From Longimicrobiales bacterium (GTDB lineage: Bacteria; Gemmatimonadota; Gemmatimonadetes; Longimicrobiales; Gaopeijiaceae): 64,000 nt of DNA. The position numbers and the translations under genes are program-made. The stretch lies in NCBI GenBank assembly GCA_965248195.1, contig CBDFIQ010000002.1, forward strand, positions 1,120,001 to 1,184,000, given 5' to 3'. Of this stretch, positions 1 to 9,859 are shown in pieces (position 1 is the first letter of the stretch; the number at the start of each line of letters is the position of its first letter). The notes under the pieces are model-generated. The model did no database searches, was not told the DNA's origin, and saw only the letters and a list, made by a program, of their open reading frames with translations.

Positions 1-307
1 TCCACTCCATCGTGGAATCAGCAACCATTTGCTAGAATGCCCTTTAGTTGCTTCGTCGCGTAGTGAGGCGGGGTAGCGCATCCTCCGGCTAGTTCGCGAT
101 CTAGTCCTGATACATGCCATCCCGGGCAGCTGGAGGTCCGCCACGTCAAGGAGCGCCTGCGGGAAGGCAGTGAGAAGCGACGGAGCATACCAGTGCCACC
201 TGTGGTCGAAGACACTGCTCAGGCTGACTACCGCTGTTTCACGGCCGGTTGTGTCTCCGCGTCTTTATGCTCCCGATCTGGTGTTCCAAGTGTCCTAGTC
301 CCCGCAC

Positions 308-658
308 GTGACCCGGACGATCTCGGCGAGCCGCCCTTACCCGCGAGATCGCTCTCGCTCGCACACGCTTCGAGCTGCCCGACTCCGTGCCCGTCATCTC
401 CTGCTTCGAGGCGGGCCGAGACGGCTTCTGTATCCATCGCTTTCTTCAGACGCAGCCCCACTGGTTCAACCTCGTCGTCGACTCCGCCTCGATCGAGGTC
501 AACCGACGCCTCCGACGCCTCAAGACCGACCGCACCGATGCCCACAAGCTCCTCACGATGCTTATTCGCTACCACAACGGTGAGTCCCGTGTCTGGTCCG
601 TCGTCCACGTGCCCACGCCCACGCCCGAGGCCGAAGACGCCCGCCACCTTCACCGCGA
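308..658 (+). pseudogene. IS110-family transposase, 5' part (degenerate N-terminus, cut by IS256)
   Basis: Frame reads EIALARTRFELPDSVPVISCFEAGRDGFCIHRFL...VVDSASIEVNRRLRRLKTDRTDA...EDARHLHRE, the DEDD RuvC-like domain motifs of IS110; it ends at the IS256 left end. Confidence 0.85.
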
Positions 659-2034
659 GGTAGTGTCCCTAGATTTGTGTAAAAGCGGATAAGCTGGACA
701 GGAGGGAAAGAAAAACGGAAGCTCCTCTGTTGTTGTTCACTGTCACATGAACCCGGGAGTCCGGGTCTGCAGAGCAGGCTCGGAACCGGAGAGGAGCTTC
801 CGATGCAAGAGATTGTGGAGATCGGTCGGGCCACGCAAGACGAGCTACGCGATGATTTGCGCGAGCTGTTTCAAGGCGCGATCCGGCTGACGCTCGAGAT
901 GGTGCTGGAAGAGGAGCTGAAGGCCATGGTAGGTGCACGCCGCTTCGAGCGGGTGGGAAGCCGGAAGGACCATAGGAACGGCACATACCTGAGGCGGCTG
1001 CTGACGAGCCTGGGGCAGATCGAGGTCGCCATGCCCCGGAGCCGGGACAACGGTTCGCCGGCCGACGTGATCGGCCGCTACCAGCGCAGGAGCCCCGAGC
1101 TCGACGAGATGATGGTCGAGGCGTATGTGAGCGGCGTGTCACAGCGCAAGATGGGCGACGTCACCGAGGCGCTGATGGGCGAGCGTGTTGGGCGCTCGAC
1201 GGTGAGTCGTGTGGCAAAACGGCTCGACGAGGCCGTGGAAGGGCTGCGCCGTGCGCCGATCGAGGGGCCTCACCCCTATCTGTACCTGGACGCCACGTTC
1301 TTGGACGCCCGCTGGGCCCGCAAAGTCGAGAACGTGAGTGCGCTCGTGGCGTATGCAGTGGGCCCTGAGGGTCACCGACGGCTCCTGGCCGTCACGCTGG
1401 GCGCTGAGGAGTCGCAGCAGAGCTGGTCGGAGCTCCTCGAGCAACTCCAGGACCGCGGCCTCGGCGGTGTCGAGCTCGTGATCGCCGATGAGCACGCAGG
1501 CCTGGCAGCTGCGGTCCGCCGCTTCCTGCCCGAGGCACGCCGTCAGAGGTGTACGGTCCATCTGCAGCGTAATGTGGGGGCGAGGGTCCCCCACCGCCTA
1601 CGCAAGCGCGTGGCGCGTGAGGTCTCGGTGATCTTCCAGACATCCGGACTCGCCGAGGCGAAGAAGCTCCTGGGCGAGTTCGGCGCACGCTGGAAGAAGG
1701 AGCTGCCCGAGGCCGTGGAGGTCCTGGAGCGGGGCTTCGGGGCAGCGACGCAGTTCTACGCGTTCCCCGAGGCGCACTGGCCCCGGCTGCGTACCACCAA
1801 CAGCCTCGAGCGGCTGCACGGCGAGATCAAACGCAGGATCAAGGCCGCCGGCGCCTTCCCGGACCGGGCCAGCGCCCTCAGGCTCATCACGGCCGTCGCA
1901 CTCAGGACCACACACGTCTGGGGCGACCGGCGTTACCTCGACCTCTCACTCCTCCAGAAACAGGAGGTCGCCCAAGCAGCCTAGCCGAAGGCGAGGAGCT
2001 TCCTCCGCTTTTACACACAAATCGGGACTTGACC
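659..2034 (+). mobile_element. IS256-family element, copy 1 (1,376 bp)
   Basis: Imperfect terminal IRs GGTAGTGTCCCTAGATTTGTGTAAAAGCGGA / GGTCAAGTCCCGATTTGTGTGTAAAAGCGGA; same length and ends as copies at 10179 and 24260; no target duplication. Confidence 0.95.
803..1984 (+). CDS. IS256-family (Mutator-type DDE) transposase
   Basis: RNGTYLRRLLTSLGQIEVAMPR, YLYLDAT, IADEHAGL, QRCTVH and RTTNSLERLHGEIKRR motifs; SD GAGGAG. Confidence 0.97.
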   Translation: MQEIVEIGRATQDELRDDLRELFQGAIRLTLEMVLEEELKAMVGARRFERVGSRKDHRNGTYLRRLLTSLGQIEVAMPRSRDNGSPADVIGRYQRRSPELDEMMVEAYVSGVSQRKMGDVTEALMGERVGRSTVSRVAKRLDEAVEGLRRAPIEGPHPYLYLDATFLDARWARKVENVSALVAYAVGPEGHRRLLAVTLGAEESQQSWSELLEQLQDRGLGGVELVIADEHAGLAAAVRRFLPEARRQRCTVHLQRNVGARVPHRLRKRVAREVSVIFQTSGLAEAKKLLGEFGARWKKELPEAVEVLERGFGAATQFYAFPEAHWPRLRTTNSLERLHGEIKRRIKAAGAFPDRASALRLITAVALRTTHVWGDRRYLDLSLLQKQEVAQAA

Positions 2035-2657
2035 TCCTCGCTGCCCAGGGCCTCTCCCTCTCTTCCCTCAATCGTGGCTTCCTCGACCAACTCGACGACC
2101 TGCGCCTCTTCGACGACTCTCCGCTTCTTCCCCAACTCCGCCAGCGTCTCGAACGTGAGTGGCTCCACCGTTGCGATGTCTCCCACAGAATCCGCTTCAT
2201 CGAGAAGCTCCAGTGCCAACGCCTCGAGGCCTCTACGCATGATCCCGCACTCGAGCTCGTACGCCAGCTCATGAGCCTCAAGGGTATCGGACTCCAGTCC
2301 GCCTGGCTCTTCACCTTCGAGTTCTTCTCCTGGCGCAACATCCAGAACCGTCGTGAGATCGCCGGCCTCGCCGGCTTCACGCCCACCCCCTATCAGAGCG
2401 GAGATGACTCCTTCGACCAGGGCATCTCCAAGGCCGGTAGCTCCACCGTCCGCGCCATGGCCATCCAGATTGCTTGGGGGTGGCTCCTCTTTCAACCCGA
2501 CTCCGCACTCACCCTCTGGTACCAGCGTCGCTTCGCTTCGCGCGGGCTCCGCATGAGGAAAATCGGTATCGTCGCCCTCGCTCGCCGTCTGCTCATCGAA
2601 CTCTGGAGATTTTCCGAAACCGGCTCACTCCCCGAAGGCGCCATCACTTCTCCTTGA
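2035..2657 (+). pseudogene. IS110-family transposase, 3' part
   Basis: Reads LLAAQG...LMSLKGIGLQSAW...REIAGLAGFTPTPYQSG...QGISKAG...RKIGIVALARRLLIELWR (IS110 C-terminal domain). Confidence 0.9.
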
Positions 2658-2659
2658 GA

Positions 2660-2816
2660 AGCCATCGCTCCTTCGAGGTCCGTTCGACATCGCGCTGGGT
2701 GGGGCGGCCCGTGATTGCTGCGGGTCTCGCCTTTCAGGCCAACCGTCTCGACAGATGGGGTACGGCTCTGACGCAGTGATCGAGGAGTAGCCTTGGGACG
2801 ATCCACTACATCACCC
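2660..2816 (+). ncRNA. Candidate IS110 non-coding end RNA (bridge/seek-RNA-like)
   Basis: Non-coding stretch after the transposase stop with several hairpins (CCCGT..GCGGG, CCGTCT-CGAC-AGATGG, GTGAT..GTAG..CTAC-ATCAC); function inferred from family only. Confidence 0.35.
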
Positions 2817-2943
2817 CCCAGGCCCCCACGGGACTCCCCCCCCTTGGAACCGAGGGCAAAAGCGCCCCGAGGGCACGCGTCGACAGCGAGCCCAGAAGAC
2901 CCCGCCCTACCCCCACCTGCCCATTCCGCGGTGTGGGCTACCG

Positions 2944-5141
2944 CTAACCACTCTCTGGCAGCTGTACTTTATGTGCGACCGGCAAGAATCGGGTCATGTG
3001 CCTTGTATAATCTGCATAATACTGGTTCCAGTCAGCCTCTTCGTAGTCTTCGGGGTCAGCTTCGATGTTTCGCTCGAGGGTCCTGGCACACACTGCATCT
3101 GCAACGATCTCGGCCAGCAATACTCGAAAGTGTCTTGACTCTTGTCCAGGGAAGTCCGGCGGCGCTCCGAGATACCGCGCGAGGGACGGATGCCTGGCGG
3201 CAACCTCGAGTACGTTCTGTTTCCACTTCGACCTTTGATTCCCGTGGCTGACGTCCCCGACCTTGATCTTCAATCCCGCGCCAGGCGCCGGACCTGACCT
3301 GATCTCCGCTGTCGCGCCAAGGCTGTCCACCTGCACTTCGATCTCCCCCTGCGCTTCCTGTGAATCTGACTTAACCGTGAACTCGCCGATCGAGACACCA
3401 AGTTCGGGGTGAGGCTTGATCGTCTTTGCACCCACCACGCGGAAGTGTGGGCTGGACAGTGCTACGTCCATCTCCGTTGCGACGGGGACGCGATCCAGCG
3501 GTGCCAGCACTCTGATCTTCTTTCGGGCTCCGTTTGTGTAGATTTTGTACCGTTTTCTCGCGAAGCACAGCGTGGTGACATCCTTGTACTTGTCCGCCTC
3601 GGTGGCAAAAACCTCGATCGCACTTACGGCCTTGATGGATCCGACCGCCACCCGCAAGCCGGTCGCCGGAGTGGCCTTGACGGCTTTCACTTTCCACGAG
3701 GCGCGTAGCGTTGCGTCCCGAGTTGGGTGAGGCTCGAGAGCGACGAATCGACGACCAGTCTGAATCTCAGGTGTTACGCACGCGATCTCGATATTTGCCC
3801 CGACTTCGAACTCTGGGAAGACCTCCTGGTTGATCGTGAGCCCAAACTGCCGCGTATGGCCCACGACCATCTGCGCGAACGGGGGGCTCAACATGTACCC
3901 GTGATTCCGGAAGTGGCTGCCTAGCTGCTTGTGGTCAGGATCTCTCGAGTCCTCGTCCTCTTCACCGGAATCCTTCATGAATTTCGCGGCGGCCTTCTCG
4001 AGGGCGTCGAGTCGCTTTCGCGTGGCGCGACTCTCTATTTCCGCCTGTTGATGCTCGTCCCTCCGGCGCTCCGCGTCCACAAGAGGTCGCAGCCGCTTCA
4101 GGACTCCGCGTAGAGAGCCGACACGAACGGGTGGCTCCTCGTTAGCCCGGTCTGTCGAGAAGGATCGAGGATCGGTACCGGATTCGAGCTCTCCGGAGGA
4201 AGGTCCTTTTCGAACCGATCGTCGAGATCGTTCCAAAGATCGTCGATATGCGGACAGGTCAGCTTCCCATAGAACCAAGCGGCGTGGTTGTCCCGCTCTA
4301 GTTCAGCGTCAAAGTACGTGGCTTCGTGAATCGTATGCCGAGACTTGACCAGAATCCCGCCGCGCCGGAATCGATTCGGCTCACGCTCAAACGCGCTTCC
4401 GGCTCTTTTGATAATCAGCTTAGCGGTCACGCCAGGATACCCTGGGATTTCAATCGTCGCCTTGAGCCGATCTTTCCCGTCGGGCTGGGGCGCCTTGAGT
4501 ACCACGGTCTTCTTCTGGCTCGAATCTCGGAGGATGATCTTCCTCTTGGGATCACTGAGAATGTCGCGCAACGATACCAACCGCTGGATTTTGTCTTTGA
4601 GGTTGTCGAACCGCGGAATCGGGTTGTCCCCTACCCGCACTGTAACTAGCATGCCCGATTTTTTTAGGAGCCCGGTTCTTTTTCTGATCGCTGGCGACGC
4701 CTCCTCCGTCCCCAAGGCCCTGAATCGGAAGGCCGAGGAGATCTCAGAACAATGAAATTTGCCGTCAGACGCAGCGATTGATTCGAAGGTGACATTGCCG
4801 AGCGCGGCAATGTCCTTAGCGCCTCTGCTGTTGGTACCCCGCACCGCAAAGCCCTCCTCGAGACCGCTGAACCGTCCACCCGTCCATGTGAGCTTTTCGT
4901 CCATCGCGTCGAGCGTCATTCCGTCGGCGTGATCGCGGACCCGAAGTGCGCGCCCGTCGGTCCCTCCGCCTCTCTCGATCTCGATCTCGATCGTGCCTGA
5001 AATTCCCAACTGCTGATACCGGTCGTCGCAGTTCGTGATCAACTCCACCAACGCATCGAAAATGTCTCGAATCGCCAGCTTAGCTTGTTGCATGACCGAC
5101 CGGCGACCACCCGTTATGTCCTTTGCTTCCATCGTCTCCAT
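2944..5141 (-). pseudogene. MORC-like GHKL ATPase (~732 aa if repaired), frameshift at ~4104
   Basis: N-box ALVELITNCDD, G1 VRDHADGM, G2-like RGTNSRGAKD; ORFs 4098..5141 and 2944..4278 join as ...SALYAE-VLKRLRPLV... if one G is added (GAGTCC to GAGGTCC); C-terminal VLEVAARHP resembles the IxINxxHP motif. Confidence 0.75.
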
Positions 5142-5159
5142 CGTCTTCGTCCTCTCTTC

Positions 5160-5787
5160 TTAGCGGTGTACGTCGTACGCGTCGCGGCATTTCTGCACGA
5201 AATCGACCATATCCTGCTGACCGGCTGATATGGCTTTGACCTCCAATGCTTTCGAACCGCCCGTTCCAGACCCCAGGGGCCGCATCGACTCTGCACCGGG
5301 CGAGATCGGCCAGGTCGCCGATGGCGGGCGCGAACCCAACGGGGTCCTCGAGATAGTCTAGGAAGACATGATGCTTTCGGACCTTGGCGAGCTGCTTGAG
5401 GACTCGCTGGCGGTGAGCTTTTAGCTCCGACCCTCCCCCGAGCGAGTCAATAACGGAGCCCCTCGCCCTGACCCACTCCACCCCTTCCGGAGTGAGCATC
5501 CAGCCATCGAGGGTTGGGGTTCTCTTAGTCTTTGCAGAATGTCCATGCCTCTGCCCGGTTCGCCCTTCTACGAGTCTCCCATGCTGCTGCTTCCGGGCGT
5601 CCGTCAAGGCGACTCGGACGATGTCCTTGTCGGGGTACTCAGGGTATTTCGTCCAGGAAAAGGACCCTGGAAAAAGCTCATAGCATTTCAACGCAAGATC
5701 CTCGGTGTGGATTCGTTTGGAGTCTCCGCCCAACACCGACAGTGCGTAGACTACCAACTCCCGATTGGGGACGGAGCCAGTCTTCAC
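5160..5787 (-). pseudogene. Winged-helix-like protein (~208 aa if repaired), +1 frameshift at 5250-5252
   Basis: HTEDLALKCYELFPGSFSW..YPEYPDKDIVRVAL...GWMLTPEG (wHTH-like wing). Removing one A gives FEALEVKAISAGQQDMVDFVQKCRDAYDVHR-stop, ending just before the ATPase RBS. GTG start overlaps the upstream stop (GTGA). Confidence 0.65.
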
Positions 5788-6884
5788 TTGTCATTCCTCG
5801 TCTGAATGGATTTCCCCGACAGGTAATCAGTCCCATCCTCGGTCAGCACATACTCCACGTGAACACCCTCCCTCAAGCGCACGAGTAGTCCGAGATCGAC
5901 CATCCGAGCAACCGCGCCGGAGCGTTGCGTGGAGACAAACGCGGCTGACACGGGGGCGTCGGAAACGAGGCGCACGAAGTCCTCGTCCATTTCGTTCGGG
6001 GTGGTCACGCCCGAATCGACGGCGGTGAGCACCGACCTGAACGCGGAGTCTTCACGCGGAACCGAGTCCTGGATGTGAGAGAGCAGAATATGACGTTCCT
6101 CGTCAGTGAACTTTTGAGTCGGCCCTTCTTGAGTCCCATCCAACACCGGGTTCCCGGCCATCGCAAACCACCATCCAGGATCGGTCAACGCGACGCGATC
6201 GCGAGCCGATGACGTGTAGTTCAGGAGGCTCAAGTCTGCCAGGAAGCCCGTTAGATTATTCTCCTTGGTAGTTCCCGCGATGAACTGATTACCGAAACGG
6301 AGCCTACTCTTTTCTGCCTTCTTCCCGGCGCTAGGGAATGCGGTGGAGAGCGCGTTGTCCCTGTGCAATTCGAGACTCCTCTCAAACCTCCTCAACGATT
6401 TTCCCAACTGACTGGCGGCACTGACGATGGCTGTAGACGCCTCATCGACAGTCACACCCTCCGGTTTCTCGAGCAGCATGTTGGCGAGTCCGCGACAGCT
6501 GGCTTTCACTGGTAAGACTCTGTTGTACTGGCCGAAGAACCACCGCTCGAGGGGCACCGGGTCACCGGAAGACCACGGAGTGGGAGGCAAGGGAGCCGCG
6601 TAAAGTTGACGCTCAACCGTGGGGGGTTTGGCGAAGAGTTGTGAAACCTCTATGGATGCCGATTCGTAAGGGCCGTCGCCTTCCGTAACCATCATCGCAG
6701 ACGGACCATCCTCGAGAGTGGAGTCGAGCAGGAGTGCACCCTGCGACCTCACGTTTCGCTCCAACACAGCAAGATTCGCTATGGCAACTGTAATAACCTC
6801 GCCATAATCACTGTATTGGCCGCTCTCAATCAATGCGTCGAGCGTTTTCTTGGTCTGCTGGGACAGATCAACACATAATATCAT
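5784..6884 (-). CDS. Hypothetical DNA-binding protein: N-terminal RHH-like segment plus two winged-helix-like repeats
   Basis: MILCVDLSQQTKKTLDALIESGQYSDYGEVITVAI resembles RHH antitoxin/CopG-type N-termini; two DL(S/G)LL...LT(D/E)xG wing motifs. Confidence 0.7.
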   Translation of the reverse strand: MILCVDLSQQTKKTLDALIESGQYSDYGEVITVAIANLAVLERNVRSQGALLLDSTLEDGPSAMMVTEGDGPYESASIEVSQLFAKPPTVERQLYAAPLPPTPWSSGDPVPLERWFFGQYNRVLPVKASCRGLANMLLEKPEGVTVDEASTAIVSAASQLGKSLRRFERSLELHRDNALSTAFPSAGKKAEKSRLRFGNQFIAGTTKENNLTGFLADLSLLNYTSSARDRVALTDPGWWFAMAGNPVLDGTQEGPTQKFTDEERHILLSHIQDSVPREDSAFRSVLTAVDSGVTTPNEMDEDFVRLVSDAPVSAAFVSTQRSGAVARMVDLGLLVRLREGVHVEYVLTEDGTDYLSGKSIQTRNDK

Positions 6885-6895
6885 AATAATACCTA

Positions 6896-6942
6896 TTTAT
6901 AATTATAAAATATACACTATAATATAGATCCCCGTTTGTCAA
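6896..6942 (-). promoter_or_regulatory. sigma70-type promoter with palindromic operator for the three-gene operon
   Basis: TTGACA at 6942-6937; -10 candidates TAGTGT (17-bp spacer) or TATAGT (15-bp); perfect palindrome TTTATAATTATAAA at 6896-6909. Confidence 0.65.
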
Positions 6943-6999
6943 ACCGACATAGACTCAATCCATGCCGTCAGCGCCGGGACAGAAAACGAGGGGGGCGTC

Positions 7000-7737
7000 T
7001 TGAGGGAGCCGGGAAACGTGATCCTGGTCTGCATAGAGGACTCGCCAGAGGCAACGGTCCGCCCTCGCTTGGAAGCGATGGGGGCTGATCTCTCCCTGAT
7101 CCATATCCTCGACGGGTTCCGCCCACTCGACGGCGGGGAGCCGGAGCTATTGGATCTATCGAAGGTCGATCACCGCCAGGAATTTCGGCGGCTCGTAGAG
7201 GACGTCGAAGCCGTGCTGGTCGTGGTAGATCCCGTGATGGCTCACCTTGGGGGGTCGAACACGTGGAAGGACAGCGAAGTGCGATCCGTCCTCGCGCCGC
7301 TTGCTCGCATGGCCGACGAGACCGGGGTAGCCGTTCTGCTCGTCCGCCACCTCCGGAAGGACGATTCCGCCAGTGCGATCTACCGTGCCGGCGGCTCGAT
7401 CGCGTGGCACGCGCTCCAGAGACAGGGCCGATCCGTCGAGATCGTCGCCGTCGTCCGGACCCGGAAGGAAATGGACCGAGCCGGGACGATCCTCGGGAAC
7501 TGGGCCGAGGCGCCCGCCGCCTCCGGCGCCGTCGATCCGGCCCGCTGCGAGATCGACCGGATCGAGCAGGCGATCCGCGGCATGGACGACGCGGTGATCG
7601 AGAAGCATGGCGGCCTCCAAGGCTGCCTCGAGCGGATCGTCGAGCTGAAGGACCTGCTCCGGTCCGTGCGGCCCGGAACGGCGATCGACGGGTTCACGAC
7701 ATGGCGCTCGAGCCGGCTTCCGGGGGGCGGATCTTGA
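7000..7737 (+). pseudogene. AAA_25/RecA-type primase-helicase fragment fused to an unrelated C-terminus
   Basis: IEDSPEATVRPRLEAMGAD, Walker B LVVVDPV, VLLVRHLRK, YRAGGSIAW; Walker A missing; sequence character changes after ~7410. Confidence 0.65.
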
Positions 7738-8623
7738 CCGCCGATCGGCGGGGGTCGGTGGCGTGCCGCGCGTGCACATCGACATCGGCGTGCATGTGCA
7801 CGAAAACGCCGCTTCCATGTGCGCGCCTGCGCTTGCGCATGTCGCTGGCCGCGTTGCGGTTGCACCACGGCCGCAGGACCGGCGATGCCGTTCCGGAGCT
7901 TGCGGCCGTGACCGGAGCGACCCCCCTCTTTCGATGCCTGGTACGGCATCGGGGAGGGTTGGATGTGCACGCCCATCCACCCTCCGTCGGGAGGTCGTGC
8001 TCCGGTCCAGCAATCCCGTGCGGGAAGGCCATCGGTCACTTGGGACGGGCGCGTCCCGGACTTGGCGGCTTGGGCTGTGGCCCGAGCCATCGGGGTACCC
8101 CGGCTTTGCTCGGTGATGCCCGGTTGCCAGACGGCCGGCCGGTCGGCGAACGGGTGACCCGCCGCCTCGAAGCGGCGCTCAAACCGCCTTCCCGCGTAAG
8201 GATTGATGGATCGGGAGCGACCCCAAGGGACGGGGGCAGGGGTGTGAAAACACACCTGCATCCGAACCCGTACCAGGCCCTCGGACTGGGGGGTCGCTCC
8301 CGTCCCGGTCAGTGCTGCCCGTGCGGTGCTGACCGACCCGGCCGCGAAGGCGCAAGACGTGGCCGTGTCGTGGCTTACTCCGTAGCACGCGTGCGCATCG
8401 CCGGAGGGCCAAAGTGCGCATCGGCCCCCCGCGTCGTTTGCGCACTCCAGTGCGGCCGTAAGTCGCGCGCCGGTCATCGGTAGCGCGCCCCCGCGAGACG
8501 CACCGTCCGCCAGGTGCTGGCCCGCCGGATGGACCCGGGTCCGGGCTGGCGGCGCACCTGCTTCTCGAGCACGACGCTACGCTTCATGGCGGCCTGCAGG
8601 CCTCCCCCCTATACTATTGGGGG

Positions 8624-9859
8624 ATGAATAGTGTGAAGCACTCGGCCAACCCGCCGCGAAAAACCAAGCTCAAGGGCCGCCATCCCGACAAGGCGTTGTC
8701 GGCCGCCTTCGTGCGCACGGCCCCGCCCGGCAGACATTGCGACGGCAATGGCTTGTACCTCTACGTGCAGCCTACGGGAACGCGGAGCTGGATTCAGCGG
8801 CTCGCGATCCGGGGCCGCAATCGCGAGCTCGGACTGGGCAGCGTGGCGCTGATTTCGCTGGCCGAGGCCCGCGAGCAGGCGCTGGCCAACCGCAAGCTCG
8901 CGCGCTCGGGCGGCGACCCGCTCGCCGAGAAACGCCGCACGCAGGGCGTGCCGAGCTTCGCGGAATCCGCCGTGAGGGTGATGGAACAGAAGCGGGCCGG
9001 TTGGCGCAGTCCGGGTCATAGCCGCGAGTGGATTTCGAGCCTCAGGCGCTACGCCTTCCCGCGCATCGGCGAGATGGCGGTCTCGGAGGTGACGAGCGCC
9101 GACGTGCTGGAGATCCTCACACCCATCTGGCACGTGAAGGCGCCCACGGCCCGGCACGTGCACCAGCGTATCCGCACGGTGCTGGAATGGGCCGTGGCGA
9201 TGGAGTTCAGGACCGACAACCCATGCGACCGAATCGGGCCGATCCTCGGAGCGCAGAACGACGTGGTGACACACATGCGGGCCTTGCCGCATCGCGACGT
9301 GGCGTCGGCGATCGAGACGGTGCGGGGGTCGGGGGCGCAGCCGGTCGTCAAGCTCGCGTTTGAGTTCGTGGTGCTGACGGCGGCGAGGTGGGGCGAGGTC
9401 CGGGGGGCCGAGTGGGCGCAGATCGATCGAAGGGAGGGAGTATGGACGATTCCCGCCACGCGGATGAAGGCGCAGCGCGAGCACCGGGTGCCGCTGTGCC
9501 GCCGCGCCACAGAGATTCTCAGCGCGGCGCGGAAGCTCGGGGACGGCAGTCCGCTGGTGTTCACCCGTGGGGGTGGCAAGCCGCTCTACGAAAAGCGGCT
9601 GCGCCGGCTTCTGCGGAACTGCAAGATCGCGGCCGTGCCGCACGGCTTCCGCTCGAGCTTTCGGGACTGGGCGGCAGAAGAGACGGATCATCCGCGCGAA
9701 GTCATCGAAGCGGCGCTGGCGCATGTGGTCCAGAACAAAGTCGAGGCGGCTTATCGGCGCACCGACCTGTTCGACCGCCGACGTCGACTTATGGACGACT
9801 GGTCGGCGTACTTGGCCGGCGAGCGTGGAGATGCAGCCGACGTCAGGCCGGTCCGTTGA
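8624..9859 (+). CDS. P4-type tyrosine recombinase (integrase) with N-terminal arm-binding domain
   Basis: DGNGLYLYVQPTGTRSW, LTAARWGEV, RMKAQREHRVPL, HGFRSSFRDW, ALAH, AAYRRTDL. Confidence 0.95.
   Translation: MNSVKHSANPPRKTKLKGRHPDKALSAAFVRTAPPGRHCDGNGLYLYVQPTGTRSWIQRLAIRGRNRELGLGSVALISLAEAREQALANRKLARSGGDPLAEKRRTQGVPSFAESAVRVMEQKRAGWRSPGHSREWISSLRRYAFPRIGEMAVSEVTSADVLEILTPIWHVKAPTARHVHQRIRTVLEWAVAMEFRTDNPCDRIGPILGAQNDVVTHMRALPHRDVASAIETVRGSGAQPVVKLAFEFVVLTAARWGEVRGAEWAQIDRREGVWTIPATRMKAQREHRVPLCRRATEILSAARKLGDGSPLVFTRGGGKPLYEKRLRRLLRNCKIAAVPHGFRSSFRDWAAEETDHPREVIEAALAHVVQNKVEAAYRRTDLFDRRRRLMDDWSAYLAGERGDAADVRPVR

Noticed and set aside
150..225. GGGAAGGC and GAAGACACTGC resemble cobalamin riboswitch words
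   Set aside because: The other conserved elements and a plausible downstream gene are missing
7156..8483. Several long overlapping ORFs (285-406 aa)
   Set aside because: Arg/Pro/Gly-rich, no motifs; typical high-GC spurious frames
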